Assembly (NCBI GenBank): GCA_015523565.1
Contig: WAKA01000203.1
Span: forward strand, 1-60,174
Source: Candidatus Heimdallarchaeota archaeon
GTDB taxonomy: Archaea; Asgardarchaeota; Heimdallarchaeia; Heimdallarchaeales; Kariarchaeaceae
Direction: 5' to 3'
Length of the DNA: 60,174 bases
The notes beneath the pieces are model-generated. The model saw nothing but the letters and a program-made list of their open reading frames with translations. It ran no database searches and was not told the DNA's origin. Shown here piece after piece: positions 9,147 through 18,715 of this stretch. How positions within the stretch are numbered: position 1 is the first letter of the stretch; the number at the start of each line of letters is the position of its first letter. Made by a program: the position numbers and the translations under genes.

Positions 9147-9607
9147 ATTTGTGACAGTACATTCTCTTCAAGCATTACTCGATCACAATATTGACATCTA
9201 ACTAATAACGGTTCTTTCTGGATCACTTTAAACTTTGTTTTGATTGGTTCCCGGTAATTGGTGACACAAGTTGGGTTATTGCATTTGAGCACCTCATCAA
9301 TTATGTCAGGCACATTCAAGTTGACTTTCGATCTTACTTGGTAGTTTTCAATTGTAGACACAGTAACGCCTGGGGCAAATAATCCCAATGCATCAAGCTC
9401 CTTCTTAGTCAATGTTCTGTCATGCACTTTTACAATGTCTTTCATGCCAATTTTATGCGATTTCACAAACATTCCAATTGTCAATGTATGTTTCTCATTC
9501 GCCAATCCCATCAATTCAACAAACTTTAAGGCTTTTCCAGCAGGAATTCTATCTATAACCGTGCCGTTTTTGATTTTTGATACAAGCATTCCTTTTTTGT
9601 CTGTCAT
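9143..9607 (-). CDS. pyrI: Aspartate carbamoyltransferase regulatory chain
   Basis: IKNGTVIDRI, KDIVKV, Zn site CNNPTC...RCQYC; follows pyrB. Confidence 0.97.
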   Translation of the reverse strand: MTDKKGMLVSKIKNGTVIDRIPAGKALKFVELMGLANEKHTLTIGMFVKSHKIGMKDIVKVHDRTLTKKELDALGLFAPGVTVSTIENYQVRSKVNLNVPDIIDEVLKCNNPTCVTNYREPIKTKFKVIQKEPLLVRCQYCDRVMLEENVLSQI

Positions 9608-10515
9608 TTTGTTTCACCTATCAATTTAAGCAACAATGCCATTCTCATCCAAACACCATTCTTTGCTTGTTCAAAGTACTTGGCTTGGGGAAGACTGTCA
9701 ACTTCATATGAAATCTCATTGATTCTTGGTAATGGATGCATTATAATACTGTTCTTGTTCATTCTTCTTGCAATTTCAGGATCAATGACATAAAAGTCTT
9801 TGACTCGCTCATAGCTTGCCTCATCTGGGAATCTTTCTTTCTGAACCCTTGTCACATAGAGAACATCAAGCTCTTCAATATTGGATTTTAAATCCTGCCT
9901 GATTATTGCCTCAATATTGTCCCTGACATCATTGAGTACACTCATGCGAGTCCGTAGTTCTGGAGGGGAAAATAGGAAAACCTTGTTATCCTTGAATTTT
10001 GAAATCGCATACAGCAAGGACGGAATGGTTCGCCCATACCGCAAGTCGCCAAGAAGCCCTATCGTTAAATTGTTCAGCCTCCCAAAATGTTTGTAAATAG
10101 TGTAAACATCAAGCAAAGCTTGGCTTGGATGCTCTTGAATGCCTGTCCCTCCACTAATCACAGGAACATCACTGTATTCCACAGCAACTCTCCCACTTCC
10201 CTCAAGGAAATGACGTAGAACAATGACATCAGAATATGCGGATGCCATCCGTATCGTATCTGCTATGGACTCTCCTTTCTTCGCACTGCTTACCTTTGCA
10301 TCTGAAAACCCAATGACCCTTCCTCCCAACCGATGCATGGCTGTTTCAAATGACAATCTGGTTCGAGTGCTTGGCTCATAGAAGAGTGTTGCCATGATCT
10401 TCCCGTCGAGAGCATGTGCATATTTTTCAGGATTTTTTTCCACCTTGCCTGCAAGGTCAATCAATTCGAGAATTTCTTCCCTTGAAATGTCTCGGATGGA
10501 TACTAAATGTTTCAT
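9604..10515 (-). CDS. pyrB: Aspartate carbamoyltransferase catalytic chain
   Basis: FYEPSTRTRLSF, EHPSQ, TRVQKERF and MHPLPR motifs. Confidence 0.98.
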   Translation of the reverse strand: MKHLVSIRDISREEILELIDLAGKVEKNPEKYAHALDGKIMATLFYEPSTRTRLSFETAMHRLGGRVIGFSDAKVSSAKKGESIADTIRMASAYSDVIVLRHFLEGSGRVAVEYSDVPVISGGTGIQEHPSQALLDVYTIYKHFGRLNNLTIGLLGDLRYGRTIPSLLYAISKFKDNKVFLFSPPELRTRMSVLNDVRDNIEAIIRQDLKSNIEELDVLYVTRVQKERFPDEASYERVKDFYVIDPEIARRMNKNSIIMHPLPRINEISYEVDSLPQAKYFEQAKNGVWMRMALLLKLIGETK

Positions 10516-10589
10516 GGCTATGCCTCTGAGTAATTATTTACAATCCCATTAAAAATCAATCTAATCATACTTTCACTAGGTTATTGATT

Positions 10590-11360
10590 TCAAATGCGTA
10601 TCATTCTTGGGTTTTTATAGAGCGCCATTTCATTCTTATCGATTATGAGATCCTCCTCCCCCTTTTTCAGGAGATCCAGCTCTTTTTCGATCCTCTCTTC
10701 TATTTCCTCAAGAAACTTGTTGGCTCCTGCAAAACATATGAGACAGTCAATAAGCTCATCAGGAATTTCGAAATTCTCCTGATCCAATTTGATCGTGTAT
10801 TTTCCTCCAATATTGAATCCCGATCCGTCAATTACCCCAATTTTCTTTTCTTCATGGTTATAGATTGTCCAGTCTGTCCCTAAAGAAATCCTATCTGCCT
10901 CTGCCCTATAAATGTGAACTAATTCCGTCTCATCATCAACCACAAGAATTGAATAGACTTGCTTTCCAAAAGAGTTTTGCCTAATTACTTTCTCAAGGCT
11001 GAACAAAACTTTTGTGTTTTTCCCATTGTATGAAAAATATGGAAGGGACTTGTTTGCCGCAAATGAGTTCGCTAATTCTCTTCCTTTTAATTCTTCCAAT
11101 GTTGCCTTCCAATTGAAACTTTCAGAAAAGAACTTCAAAACCAAGGTGCTGTTCATTTTTTCACTTTTCCATTTTCCTTCCCTGTATGTGATATACCCAA
11201 TTATCTCATCACCTTTCTTCACTTCTCCAATAATTTCTGTGTCTTTTGTGAATTGCCTTGATTTAGACATATACTCCTGCTGTTTCTTTATTCCTATGTT
11301 CACTTTGTGGGTACCGCTAGTACGCCATAAATCCACTACATATTCTACAGTCCAACCCAT
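10590..11360 (-). CDS. Hypothetical protein, probably Tubby-C/LURP-one/scramblase-like beta-barrel
   Basis: Run of beta-strands ending ...SLGTDWTIY...IGVIDG..FNIGGKYTIKL followed by a buried hydrophobic helix (LIDCLICFAG). Confidence 0.6.
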   Translation of the reverse strand: MGWTVEYVVDLWRTSGTHKVNIGIKKQQEYMSKSRQFTKDTEIIGEVKKGDEIIGYITYREGKWKSEKMNSTLVLKFFSESFNWKATLEELKGRELANSFAANKSLPYFSYNGKNTKVLFSLEKVIRQNSFGKQVYSILVVDDETELVHIYRAEADRISLGTDWTIYNHEEKKIGVIDGSGFNIGGKYTIKLDQENFEIPDELIDCLICFAGANKFLEEIEERIEKELDLLKKGEEDLIIDKNEMALYKNPRMIRI

Positions 11361-11416
11361 GGATTTATTTTCTGCTCACCTTTAATATAACTAGTTGCTC
11401 GAAATTATTGCTTTGC

Positions 11417-11986
11417 TTACTTTTTCCCTTTCTTTTTACCTAAATCTTCTACCATCTTATTAAGCAATAAGGTAAATGCTTTCTCAATGTTATATCCCGT
11501 CAAGGCAGAAGTTTCTATAAAAAACACAGAATTGTTGAACTGGCTCGCTAATTCAATCGCCTTTTGTTTACCTGCTTCAGGCGTTATGCAATCATCAAAA
11601 GTTTCCCTGAGGTCAACTTTGTTTCCTGCCAAAATAATGGGCACATTGCCAGGAGAATGCACTTTTAACTCTTCAATCCATCTAGCTAAGTTATCAAAAG
11701 AAGATTTAGATGTTATATCATAAACCAGTATGGCTCCTTTCGCTCCCTTGTAGTAGTTCGACCTAATTTGATCAAACCCTTTCTGTCCTGCAAGATCCCA
11801 AATCAATAAGGTATGACCTCCCATTTCCTTGAGGGAAAAATCCACTCCAACCGTCATGAAATACCGTTGATCGTATCCCTTGCCCATTACCCTGTTTTTT
11901 ATGGAAGTCTTCCCCACTCTTGCATCTCCTAAAAGAACCACCTTAAATCTATAGCTTTCTTTGTTTTCCTCTGAAGGAGAAGACAT
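11417..11986 (-). CDS. Rab-like small GTPase (Ras superfamily)
   Basis: G1 GDARVGKTS, G2 TVGVDF, G3 WDLAGQ, YYKGA, LVYDIT, G4 NKVD, G5 ETSA; polybasic tail KKKGKK. Confidence 0.95.
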   Translation of the reverse strand: MSSPSEENKESYRFKVVLLGDARVGKTSIKNRVMGKGYDQRYFMTVGVDFSLKEMGGHTLLIWDLAGQKGFDQIRSNYYKGAKGAILVYDITSKSSFDNLARWIEELKVHSPGNVPIILAGNKVDLRETFDDCITPEAGKQKAIELASQFNNSVFFIETSALTGYNIEKAFTLLLNKMVEDLGKKKGKK

Positions 11987-12164
11987 GTTTCATTTATTTT
12001 ATTAACACAAATAAACTCACCTATCGGATTACGAAAAATTCCCTCCCATTTCCTAAATTCTTATTATCGTTTACCATTAAATTTTGATTAAATTGTCAGA
12101 TTATTTTTCATGTTTCGTTTAGAATATTCGATATGATTAAAAATATGCTTGGTATTGACACTTT

Positions 12165-14159
12165 ATGATAGGGGAGCTTAAAAGCCAAGCAGATCAAGTC
12201 CTCTCCAAACTGGATTGGTCGCTTTCACCGATAGAAATAGATAAAGCCACAACTGACATTATGAATGATCTAATTGATGGAATTGAAAAAATTGAGGCAA
12301 TCCCAGAGAATGAAAAGACTTTTGCCAACACGATTGAAAAACTTGAAATGATTTCCGCAAATGCTGGAGACCGATTTGCATCAATCTACTTTCCTGCTTA
12401 TGTTTCTACAGACCCTGAAGTACGCAAAGCAAGTAGTCAAGCAATGCAAAAATACAGGAAATTCCTTGTTGACCTTAGCATGAGGAAAACACTCTATGAA
12501 GCCATAAAACCTCTTGAATCTCAAAAAGATCAACTTGATCCTGTTGAAAGGCGGCTTTTGGAAAGATACCTTCGAGATTTCAGAAGAATGGGACTTGATT
12601 TGGAAGAGGAAAAACAGAAAGAATTAAAAGAAATACTTCAACGCCTCTCTGAACTTTCTGTGGAATTCCAACAAACATTGAATGAGGTCAATGATACCGT
12701 CTTGTTCACAAAGGATGATTTGGAAGGTCTTCCTGAAAACATTTTGTCGATGTACAAGCAGGACGAGAATGGAAATTATATTGTAGGAATGTCTTATCCT
12801 GAATCCATCCCTGTTCTTGAATATGCAAAAAACCCTGAAACAAGAAAAAAACTGCTGAAGGTATACGGAAACAGGGGTGTCCAACAAGGAAACGTTGAAC
12901 GCCTTGAAGAAGCCATTACTCTTCGAGCAAAAGCCGCTGAATTGAGAGGATACAAGAACCATGCAGAATATGTACTGGAAATCAGAATGGCAAAGTCTCC
13001 CGAAAGTGTCTTTACCTTCCTCAACGATTTGGAAAGCAGATTGAAACCATTCGGCAAAAATGATCTCGCAGAACTTGTGGAATTGAAAAAAGAGGATACC
13101 GGTGACCCTGACGCAACTATTGAGGCTTATGATTATGCATATTACTCCCGAAAATATATGGAATCAAAATATGACATTGACAAGGAATTGATCAAACAAT
13201 ACTTCCCAATGGAATATACCGTTAATGCAATGCTGGAATTTTATCAATACATTTTCGGATTTACGTTTACTGAACTTAAGGATGCACCAAAATGGCATGA
13301 GGATGTTAAAGTCTATTCAGTTCATGATACAGAAACAAAGGAATTCAGGGGTATTTTTTTCCTTGATCTGTTCCCACGGGACGGGAAATATAACCATGCT
13401 GCCGCATTTACACTTATCAAGGGGAGAATGGAAAATGGAAAACATGTGCCCACCGCTTCTGCAATGGTCACCAATTTCAACAAACCCACTGAAAATCAGC
13501 CATCTTTGCTTACTCATCAACAGGTAAACACCCTTTTCCATGAATTCGGCCATATTGTGCATCAAGTGACTACACGTTCTAGATTTTATACATTTTCTGG
13601 GTCTTCTGTTGCAAGGGATTTTGTGGAAGCACCATCACAAATGCTTGAGAATTGGGTTTGGGAACCAATCGTCCTTGAAAGAATTACCCGCCATTATGAA
13701 ACAGGCGAACCTCTTCCGGAAGAGCTCTTGAATAAAATGATCAAGGCAAAAAATGCTTTGGCACCATTGAAATACCTCAGACAGATATTCTTTGGAAAAT
13801 TTGACATGACCTGCCATACCTCAAGAAGAATCAACTCAAAAGAACTTTGGCATAAGTTGAGAAAGGAGATCACATTAATCCCTGCATTGGAGGATACAAA
13901 CCCTGGCGCCAGCTTCGGTCATATTATGGGAGGATACGACGCAGGATATTACGGTTACCTCTGGAGTGAAGTCTTTGCCCAAGACATGTACACCCGATTT
14001 GAACAGGAAGGGCCTACATCACGCCAAGCAGGCATGGATTACAGGAAATATATTTTGGAACCTGGAAATGATATTGAGGAAGAAGAGCTTTTACGAACCT
14101 TCCTTGGAAGGGAACCAAACAACAAGGCTTTCCTGAAATCAATCGGGCTCAATGTATAA
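12165..14159 (+). CDS. M3A metallo-oligopeptidase (thimet oligopeptidase/neurolysin-like)
   Basis: FHEFGH zinc motif, DFVEAPSQMLENW, FGHIMGGYDAGYYGYLWSEV. Confidence 0.95.
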   Translation: MIGELKSQADQVLSKLDWSLSPIEIDKATTDIMNDLIDGIEKIEAIPENEKTFANTIEKLEMISANAGDRFASIYFPAYVSTDPEVRKASSQAMQKYRKFLVDLSMRKTLYEAIKPLESQKDQLDPVERRLLERYLRDFRRMGLDLEEEKQKELKEILQRLSELSVEFQQTLNEVNDTVLFTKDDLEGLPENILSMYKQDENGNYIVGMSYPESIPVLEYAKNPETRKKLLKVYGNRGVQQGNVERLEEAITLRAKAAELRGYKNHAEYVLEIRMAKSPESVFTFLNDLESRLKPFGKNDLAELVELKKEDTGDPDATIEAYDYAYYSRKYMESKYDIDKELIKQYFPMEYTVNAMLEFYQYIFGFTFTELKDAPKWHEDVKVYSVHDTETKEFRGIFFLDLFPRDGKYNHAAAFTLIKGRMENGKHVPTASAMVTNFNKPTENQPSLLTHQQVNTLFHEFGHIVHQVTTRSRFYTFSGSSVARDFVEAPSQMLENWVWEPIVLERITRHYETGEPLPEELLNKMIKAKNALAPLKYLRQIFFGKFDMTCHTSRRINSKELWHKLRKEITLIPALEDTNPGASFGHIMGGYDAGYYGYLWSEVFAQDMYTRFEQEGPTSRQAGMDYRKYILEPGNDIEEEELLRTFLGREPNNKAFLKSIGLNV

Positions 14160-14160
14160 T

Positions 14161-15477
14161 CTATTCCATAAATTTCTCAAATCCCAGCTCATAATAGATT
14201 GCAGTAACTGTATTTGTGATATCATCTATAACCCCCTTGAAATTTGAAACCTTATCTCCAATTTCTGAATGTATCCTGTCAACAAAAACCATTAATTTTT
14301 GCTTGAGCAAATGAGTGGGGAATTGAACCAACGCAATCACGGAAATCTTCTCTGCGTTCTCAACCATTATTGTCCCATGTTCATTCTGAATTTGTTCTAA
14401 ATTTCCATTTGCCAATTCCTGTATGACCAACTGAATTCCCGTCAAGGCAGGGGCATATAATGCCGTGGGAGATGTAGACGAAAAATTTTTTGAGAATTTG
14501 GAGAAAAACTCTGTGCCATCATCACTTGAAACAATTATCCACCTGATTGAATTCTTGTGCACAATATCTTCAATCAAATTGAATACATTCAACAACCTCC
14601 CATTTAATTTTTTCTCGTTTTGCAAATCTTTTGTCTTACGAGTTACAATCTCCCCTAACTTCCCGAAGTCATAAAACGGCTTGAAAGTGATGTCATCACT
14701 TTGTTTGGTGGCAATCATTGCAATCAACTTTTCCAATTGGGAAATGGTTGACTTGTTGTTCAGGGAAGGGAGAAAATCATAGGAAAGCAATAGAATTCTC
14801 GCAGCAGATACAATGAAAGATGTAATCAGATTATGCTTTTCCTTCTCAGTCAATGAGATTACATTTTTGTTGTAATGTTCCCATGCACTCACCAAATCTG
14901 AATAGTCATCCTGATATCTATTGGTTTCCCATGGGTTTATCCCCGTTGTTTTTTTCACGCTGACCAAGAACAGGTTGTAGAGGGTTTCTTCTCCTATCTC
15001 ATCAATCTCCAACGATCTTATGAGCCTATTGAGTCCTTCAACTATTGTCTTGAATATGCCGCTTGTATATGAAAAGCCCCTTAACTGTTCAGTTACATAT
15101 TTCCTCAAATACCTGAAGGTCAATGCCTGTTTTTTATTGTTTTTGAAGCGCAAGTAAACGTAGTTCCCAATCCCTGCCCAAATCATGTAATTCTCATTAT
15201 AACCCTTTTCCCTGATGGCTTGATTCAACAATTTGGCAATTTTCCTTGCATGCAATCCCTTTCTCAACTTGGGTCTAACCTTATAGAGAATTGAAATTGT
15301 ATCAAATGGACTTATTCCAGTATGTATCAAATCCTCGATGATTTTTTCAGTGTTGAATGGTGCCTTTTTTGGAGGGTCTCCCACCTGAATGAACTTGTAC
15401 CTGTTGTCAAAATCATTTTTTAAGAGCTGAATGATATGTTCCCCATTATGCACAGTTGGTCTATCAAAAATTAGCAT
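14161..15477 (-). CDS. Hypothetical protein with ATP-cone-like N-terminal region and C-terminal longin/roadblock-like domain
   Basis: N-terminal PFNTEKIIEDL..TG; C-terminal WIIVSSDDG...LYAPALTGIQLVIQEL...LEQI...LKQKL..FV...FKG pattern. Confidence 0.6.
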   Translation of the reverse strand: MLIFDRPTVHNGEHIIQLLKNDFDNRYKFIQVGDPPKKAPFNTEKIIEDLIHTGISPFDTISILYKVRPKLRKGLHARKIAKLLNQAIREKGYNENYMIWAGIGNYVYLRFKNNKKQALTFRYLRKYVTEQLRGFSYTSGIFKTIVEGLNRLIRSLEIDEIGEETLYNLFLVSVKKTTGINPWETNRYQDDYSDLVSAWEHYNKNVISLTEKEKHNLITSFIVSAARILLLSYDFLPSLNNKSTISQLEKLIAMIATKQSDDITFKPFYDFGKLGEIVTRKTKDLQNEKKLNGRLLNVFNLIEDIVHKNSIRWIIVSSDDGTEFFSKFSKNFSSTSPTALYAPALTGIQLVIQELANGNLEQIQNEHGTIMVENAEKISVIALVQFPTHLLKQKLMVFVDRIHSEIGDKVSNFKGVIDDITNTVTAIYYELGFEKFME

Positions 15478-15597
15478 TAAACATTCTCGTTTTCTTATCG
15501 TTGCAAATCTAGATTTTCCAACAGGAATTGCACTTTGTAATCAAAAACAGCTTCCCCTTGTATAAGTTTTATTACTACGTATTTCACCCAACAGATT

Positions 15598-16563
15598 GTG
15601 AATAATGACATTAACAGTATATCTCAACGACTCCAACAGATCAGAGACTCTGTAAAGAAAGTTATTGTAGGACAGGAAGATGTAGTTGAAGGAGTCTTGT
15701 TGAGTATCTTAAGTGATGGTCATGTTTTACTTGAAGGGGCTCCCGGTCTTGCCAAAACTCTTTTGGTTCGGGCATTCTCAAAGGCTACCAGTTGTGAATT
15801 CAAAAGAATTCAATTCACTCCCGACCTTATGCCTACTGACATAACTGGTGTCAATATTTATCAACCAGGAGATGGTTCTTTCAAATTTCAAGAAGGTCCC
15901 GTTTTTACTAACCTGTTATTGGCTGACGAAATCAACAGGGCACCCCCGAAAACACAGGCCGCAATGCTTGAGGCCATGCAGGAAAGGCAAGTCTCCGCTG
16001 AAAACCAAATATATCAGCTTCCAAAACCATTCATCGTACTTGCAACACAGAACCCAATTGAACAAGAAGGAACATATCCATTGCCTGAAGCTCAAGTTGA
16101 CAGGTTCATGTTCAAGATAATTGTTGACTATCCAAATGAGGACGAGGAATTTGAAATCGTCAAAAGGTATACAGCAGGTCATGACGCCTATGACGAATTG
16201 GAAAACATTTCTCCAGTCGTTGGTCCTGAGGACATCATCAATTTCCAAAGATTTGTCCGTGAAAAAATCAGAATCTCTGATGACATCATGAAATACATTG
16301 TGAGAATAATTAAACTGACAAGGGAAAGTGAAGAGGTTATGATTGGTGCATCGCCTCGTGCTTCCCTTTGGCTTGCAATTGCAGGAAAAGCCCATGCACT
16401 CTTTGACGGAAGGGACTATGTGAATCCAGGAGATATCCAAAGAGTCGCAAGGGGAATCCTAAGACATAGGGTAATTATCTCTCCTGAATGGGAATTCGAA
16501 GGAATCACTTCCGATACGATTATTGACCGTATCCTTCGAAATGTCGAAGTTCCAAGGGTTTGA
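15598..16563 (+). CDS. moxR: MoxR-family AAA+ ATPase
   Basis: GHVLLEGAPGLAKT, RIQFTPDLMP, LADEINRAPPK, ATQNPIEQEGTYPLPEAQVDRF, GASPRA. Confidence 0.97.
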   Translation: MNNDINSISQRLQQIRDSVKKVIVGQEDVVEGVLLSILSDGHVLLEGAPGLAKTLLVRAFSKATSCEFKRIQFTPDLMPTDITGVNIYQPGDGSFKFQEGPVFTNLLLADEINRAPPKTQAAMLEAMQERQVSAENQIYQLPKPFIVLATQNPIEQEGTYPLPEAQVDRFMFKIIVDYPNEDEEFEIVKRYTAGHDAYDELENISPVVGPEDIINFQRFVREKIRISDDIMKYIVRIIKLTRESEEVMIGASPRASLWLAIAGKAHALFDGRDYVNPGDIQRVARGILRHRVIISPEWEFEGITSDTIIDRILRNVEVPRV

Positions 16564-16573
16564 GGTGTAGCTC

Positions 16574-18703
16574 TTGAAAAAATTGTTGGTTCTTGTCTTG
16601 GGTTTGGTCGTCTTTTTGAGCAATGTACCGCTTTCAACTAACGAGAATGTATCTTTAACCGCTGCACAGTTTGATCCAGGGATACAGGATTTTTGTTTGA
16701 AGCTTTCAGACCCATCAAATGTATGCATTGTTGAAGGTGTACAATATGAGGCACCAGTCGGAAACAATCGCCCAATTGCCACATTTTGGGGATATCTCTA
16801 TTGGGAATTTATTCCTGACAATACACTTTCCTTTTTTGTAAATACGACAAATCTCATTGAAGAACCAAAAATCTATGACCCTGATTTCCCCAATGATCCC
16901 TCAAGAGTTAGTTATTCAATATCCGAAAGGGGAGACTTTATTTCCATAACTCCAAAGGGCAAACATTTTGCTTACTTGATCAAGGCTTATTACGATCCCG
17001 ATGTAGTGGGTGACACTGGTTTCATTGTTGTATTTCAATCACAGGTTGTTAATTTTCCATTGCCAAGATCCAACGCAGAAGATGCTTGGTACAAAGTGGA
17101 TTATTCAAATACTATCATTCTCCCAAAAGGTGCAGGGATTATAAGTTATGCACCAACTGAAGATTCAAATGGTCCCGTGGTTTTCGACAAGGTTGGAGAA
17201 GATAGATTTGCATTACATTGGGAATACAGGAATAGGGCATTGGATTCTAAGCATGATCCATTGATTACAGAAGTTACATATAGTTACGACAAAATATACT
17301 TGCAATTCACAGAGCTTGTCTATAAGAACCAAATTGAGCAACAGCAACAACAGGATGAACAAAACAGGCTAAATCTCCTGAAAAACGCTTTTCGGATTAT
17401 ATCCACTTTGGCAATTGTTGTCTCAATCTTGTCTGTAATTGTTGCCTATCTTCTCGTCAGGAAACGCTATGACCCATTGAAACAAAAGGCAAAAGAATTG
17501 CCGAGACGGCAAGCCGTCGATGTAGAACGGGAACAGCAAATGCGGATTGAGGTAAGACGAATGCTGTTGGGAACCATGATCCTCTTTCTAGTTATGGCTC
17601 CAAGCTTTATGTATTCAACCTATGCCCAAGTGCAAATCCAAGAAAATATAAAATGGTTCGGTCAATATGAAATCTTCAAGGATAATTCAATCAGGGAAAC
17701 CGTCAGGCTTGACATCCCGATTCCCCAAAGCACCATGAAGATTTGGGTGAATACATCTGCTGTATGGAACGTTTCCATCACGGATGAAAATGGTGTCCCT
17801 ATCTCCAATGTCCAAACGTTCCCCGACAGATTTGAAATTTCAAATCCTCCATTGGTCATTCAATACTCTTTCTCTTATTACTTTACACCTTATGAAAATT
17901 ACGGAATGCTTGTCTATATCGATCGATTTTGGTTGGAGTATATCAACCCCAATGCCCAATCATCAGAAAGCCGATTTCTGTTGGCGGATATTGATTATAA
18001 TGTGGTTTTGCCTGCTGATGCCATTATTTACAGTGCTTCACCCTCTGACTTGGTTAAGCTGTCAACAGATGCAGACGGAAGAAAAAGAGTAAGATTCGTC
18101 GATAAAAATCGGGAGATTGATGCATTCCACGACGCTTGGGAAACACAGGTCACCTATTCTTTTGAGGATGTGCTTGATGCACTTAATGATCTTAATACTC
18201 AGTTTACCCAAAGAAGAGTTGAAAACAAGAACATAAACGAAATAATCAAGCAAAACCAAGACCAAATCCTGTTTTTTGCCATATTGGGATTGATCGCCCC
18301 CTTGATATCCTTCCTTATTGCATACTGGACTTTCAGAAGACGTGCATTGAAAGAAATTGAAAGACTTCAGCAACAACAGGAAGAACAAATAATGGTTGAA
18401 ACCGACCAAATCAATGCCTTTTTGGCAACAAGAAATATTGATCCCGAAGAACAAGCGAGAAACGCTCTGTTAGGTTTCTATTATGAACTCGTCTATCGAC
18501 TGAAGAAAAAACTGAAAAAAGACCCTACAAAAGTGCCTCCTTCATTCTTTGAAAAGGAATTGCATAGATTGAATGCAGATATTTCTGAAATATTTTATCT
18601 CCTTGACGAAGGGAAAATGGTTGAACAAATGAATGAACCAGTTACTTTTGACCAGTTCCAGGATTATGCAAACAGGGTATTGGAAGTACTCAAGAACTTA
18701 TAG
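16574..18703 (+). CDS. Membrane protein with two tandem extracellular-domain/coiled-coil/TM modules
   Basis: Signal peptide; duplicated motifs IILPKGA..YAP..HD...EVTYSY and VVLPADA..ASP..HD...QVTYSF, each followed by a Q-rich helix and TM. Confidence 0.8.
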   Translation: MKKLLVLVLGLVVFLSNVPLSTNENVSLTAAQFDPGIQDFCLKLSDPSNVCIVEGVQYEAPVGNNRPIATFWGYLYWEFIPDNTLSFFVNTTNLIEEPKIYDPDFPNDPSRVSYSISERGDFISITPKGKHFAYLIKAYYDPDVVGDTGFIVVFQSQVVNFPLPRSNAEDAWYKVDYSNTIILPKGAGIISYAPTEDSNGPVVFDKVGEDRFALHWEYRNRALDSKHDPLITEVTYSYDKIYLQFTELVYKNQIEQQQQQDEQNRLNLLKNAFRIISTLAIVVSILSVIVAYLLVRKRYDPLKQKAKELPRRQAVDVEREQQMRIEVRRMLLGTMILFLVMAPSFMYSTYAQVQIQENIKWFGQYEIFKDNSIRETVRLDIPIPQSTMKIWVNTSAVWNVSITDENGVPISNVQTFPDRFEISNPPLVIQYSFSYYFTPYENYGMLVYIDRFWLEYINPNAQSSESRFLLADIDYNVVLPADAIIYSASPSDLVKLSTDADGRKRVRFVDKNREIDAFHDAWETQVTYSFEDVLDALNDLNTQFTQRRVENKNINEIIKQNQDQILFFAILGLIAPLISFLIAYWTFRRRALKEIERLQQQQEEQIMVETDQINAFLATRNIDPEEQARNALLGFYYELVYRLKKKLKKDPTKVPPSFFEKELHRLNADISEIFYLLDEGKMVEQMNEPVTFDQFQDYANRVLEVLKNL

Positions 18704-18715
18704 GAGAAGGCTGTT

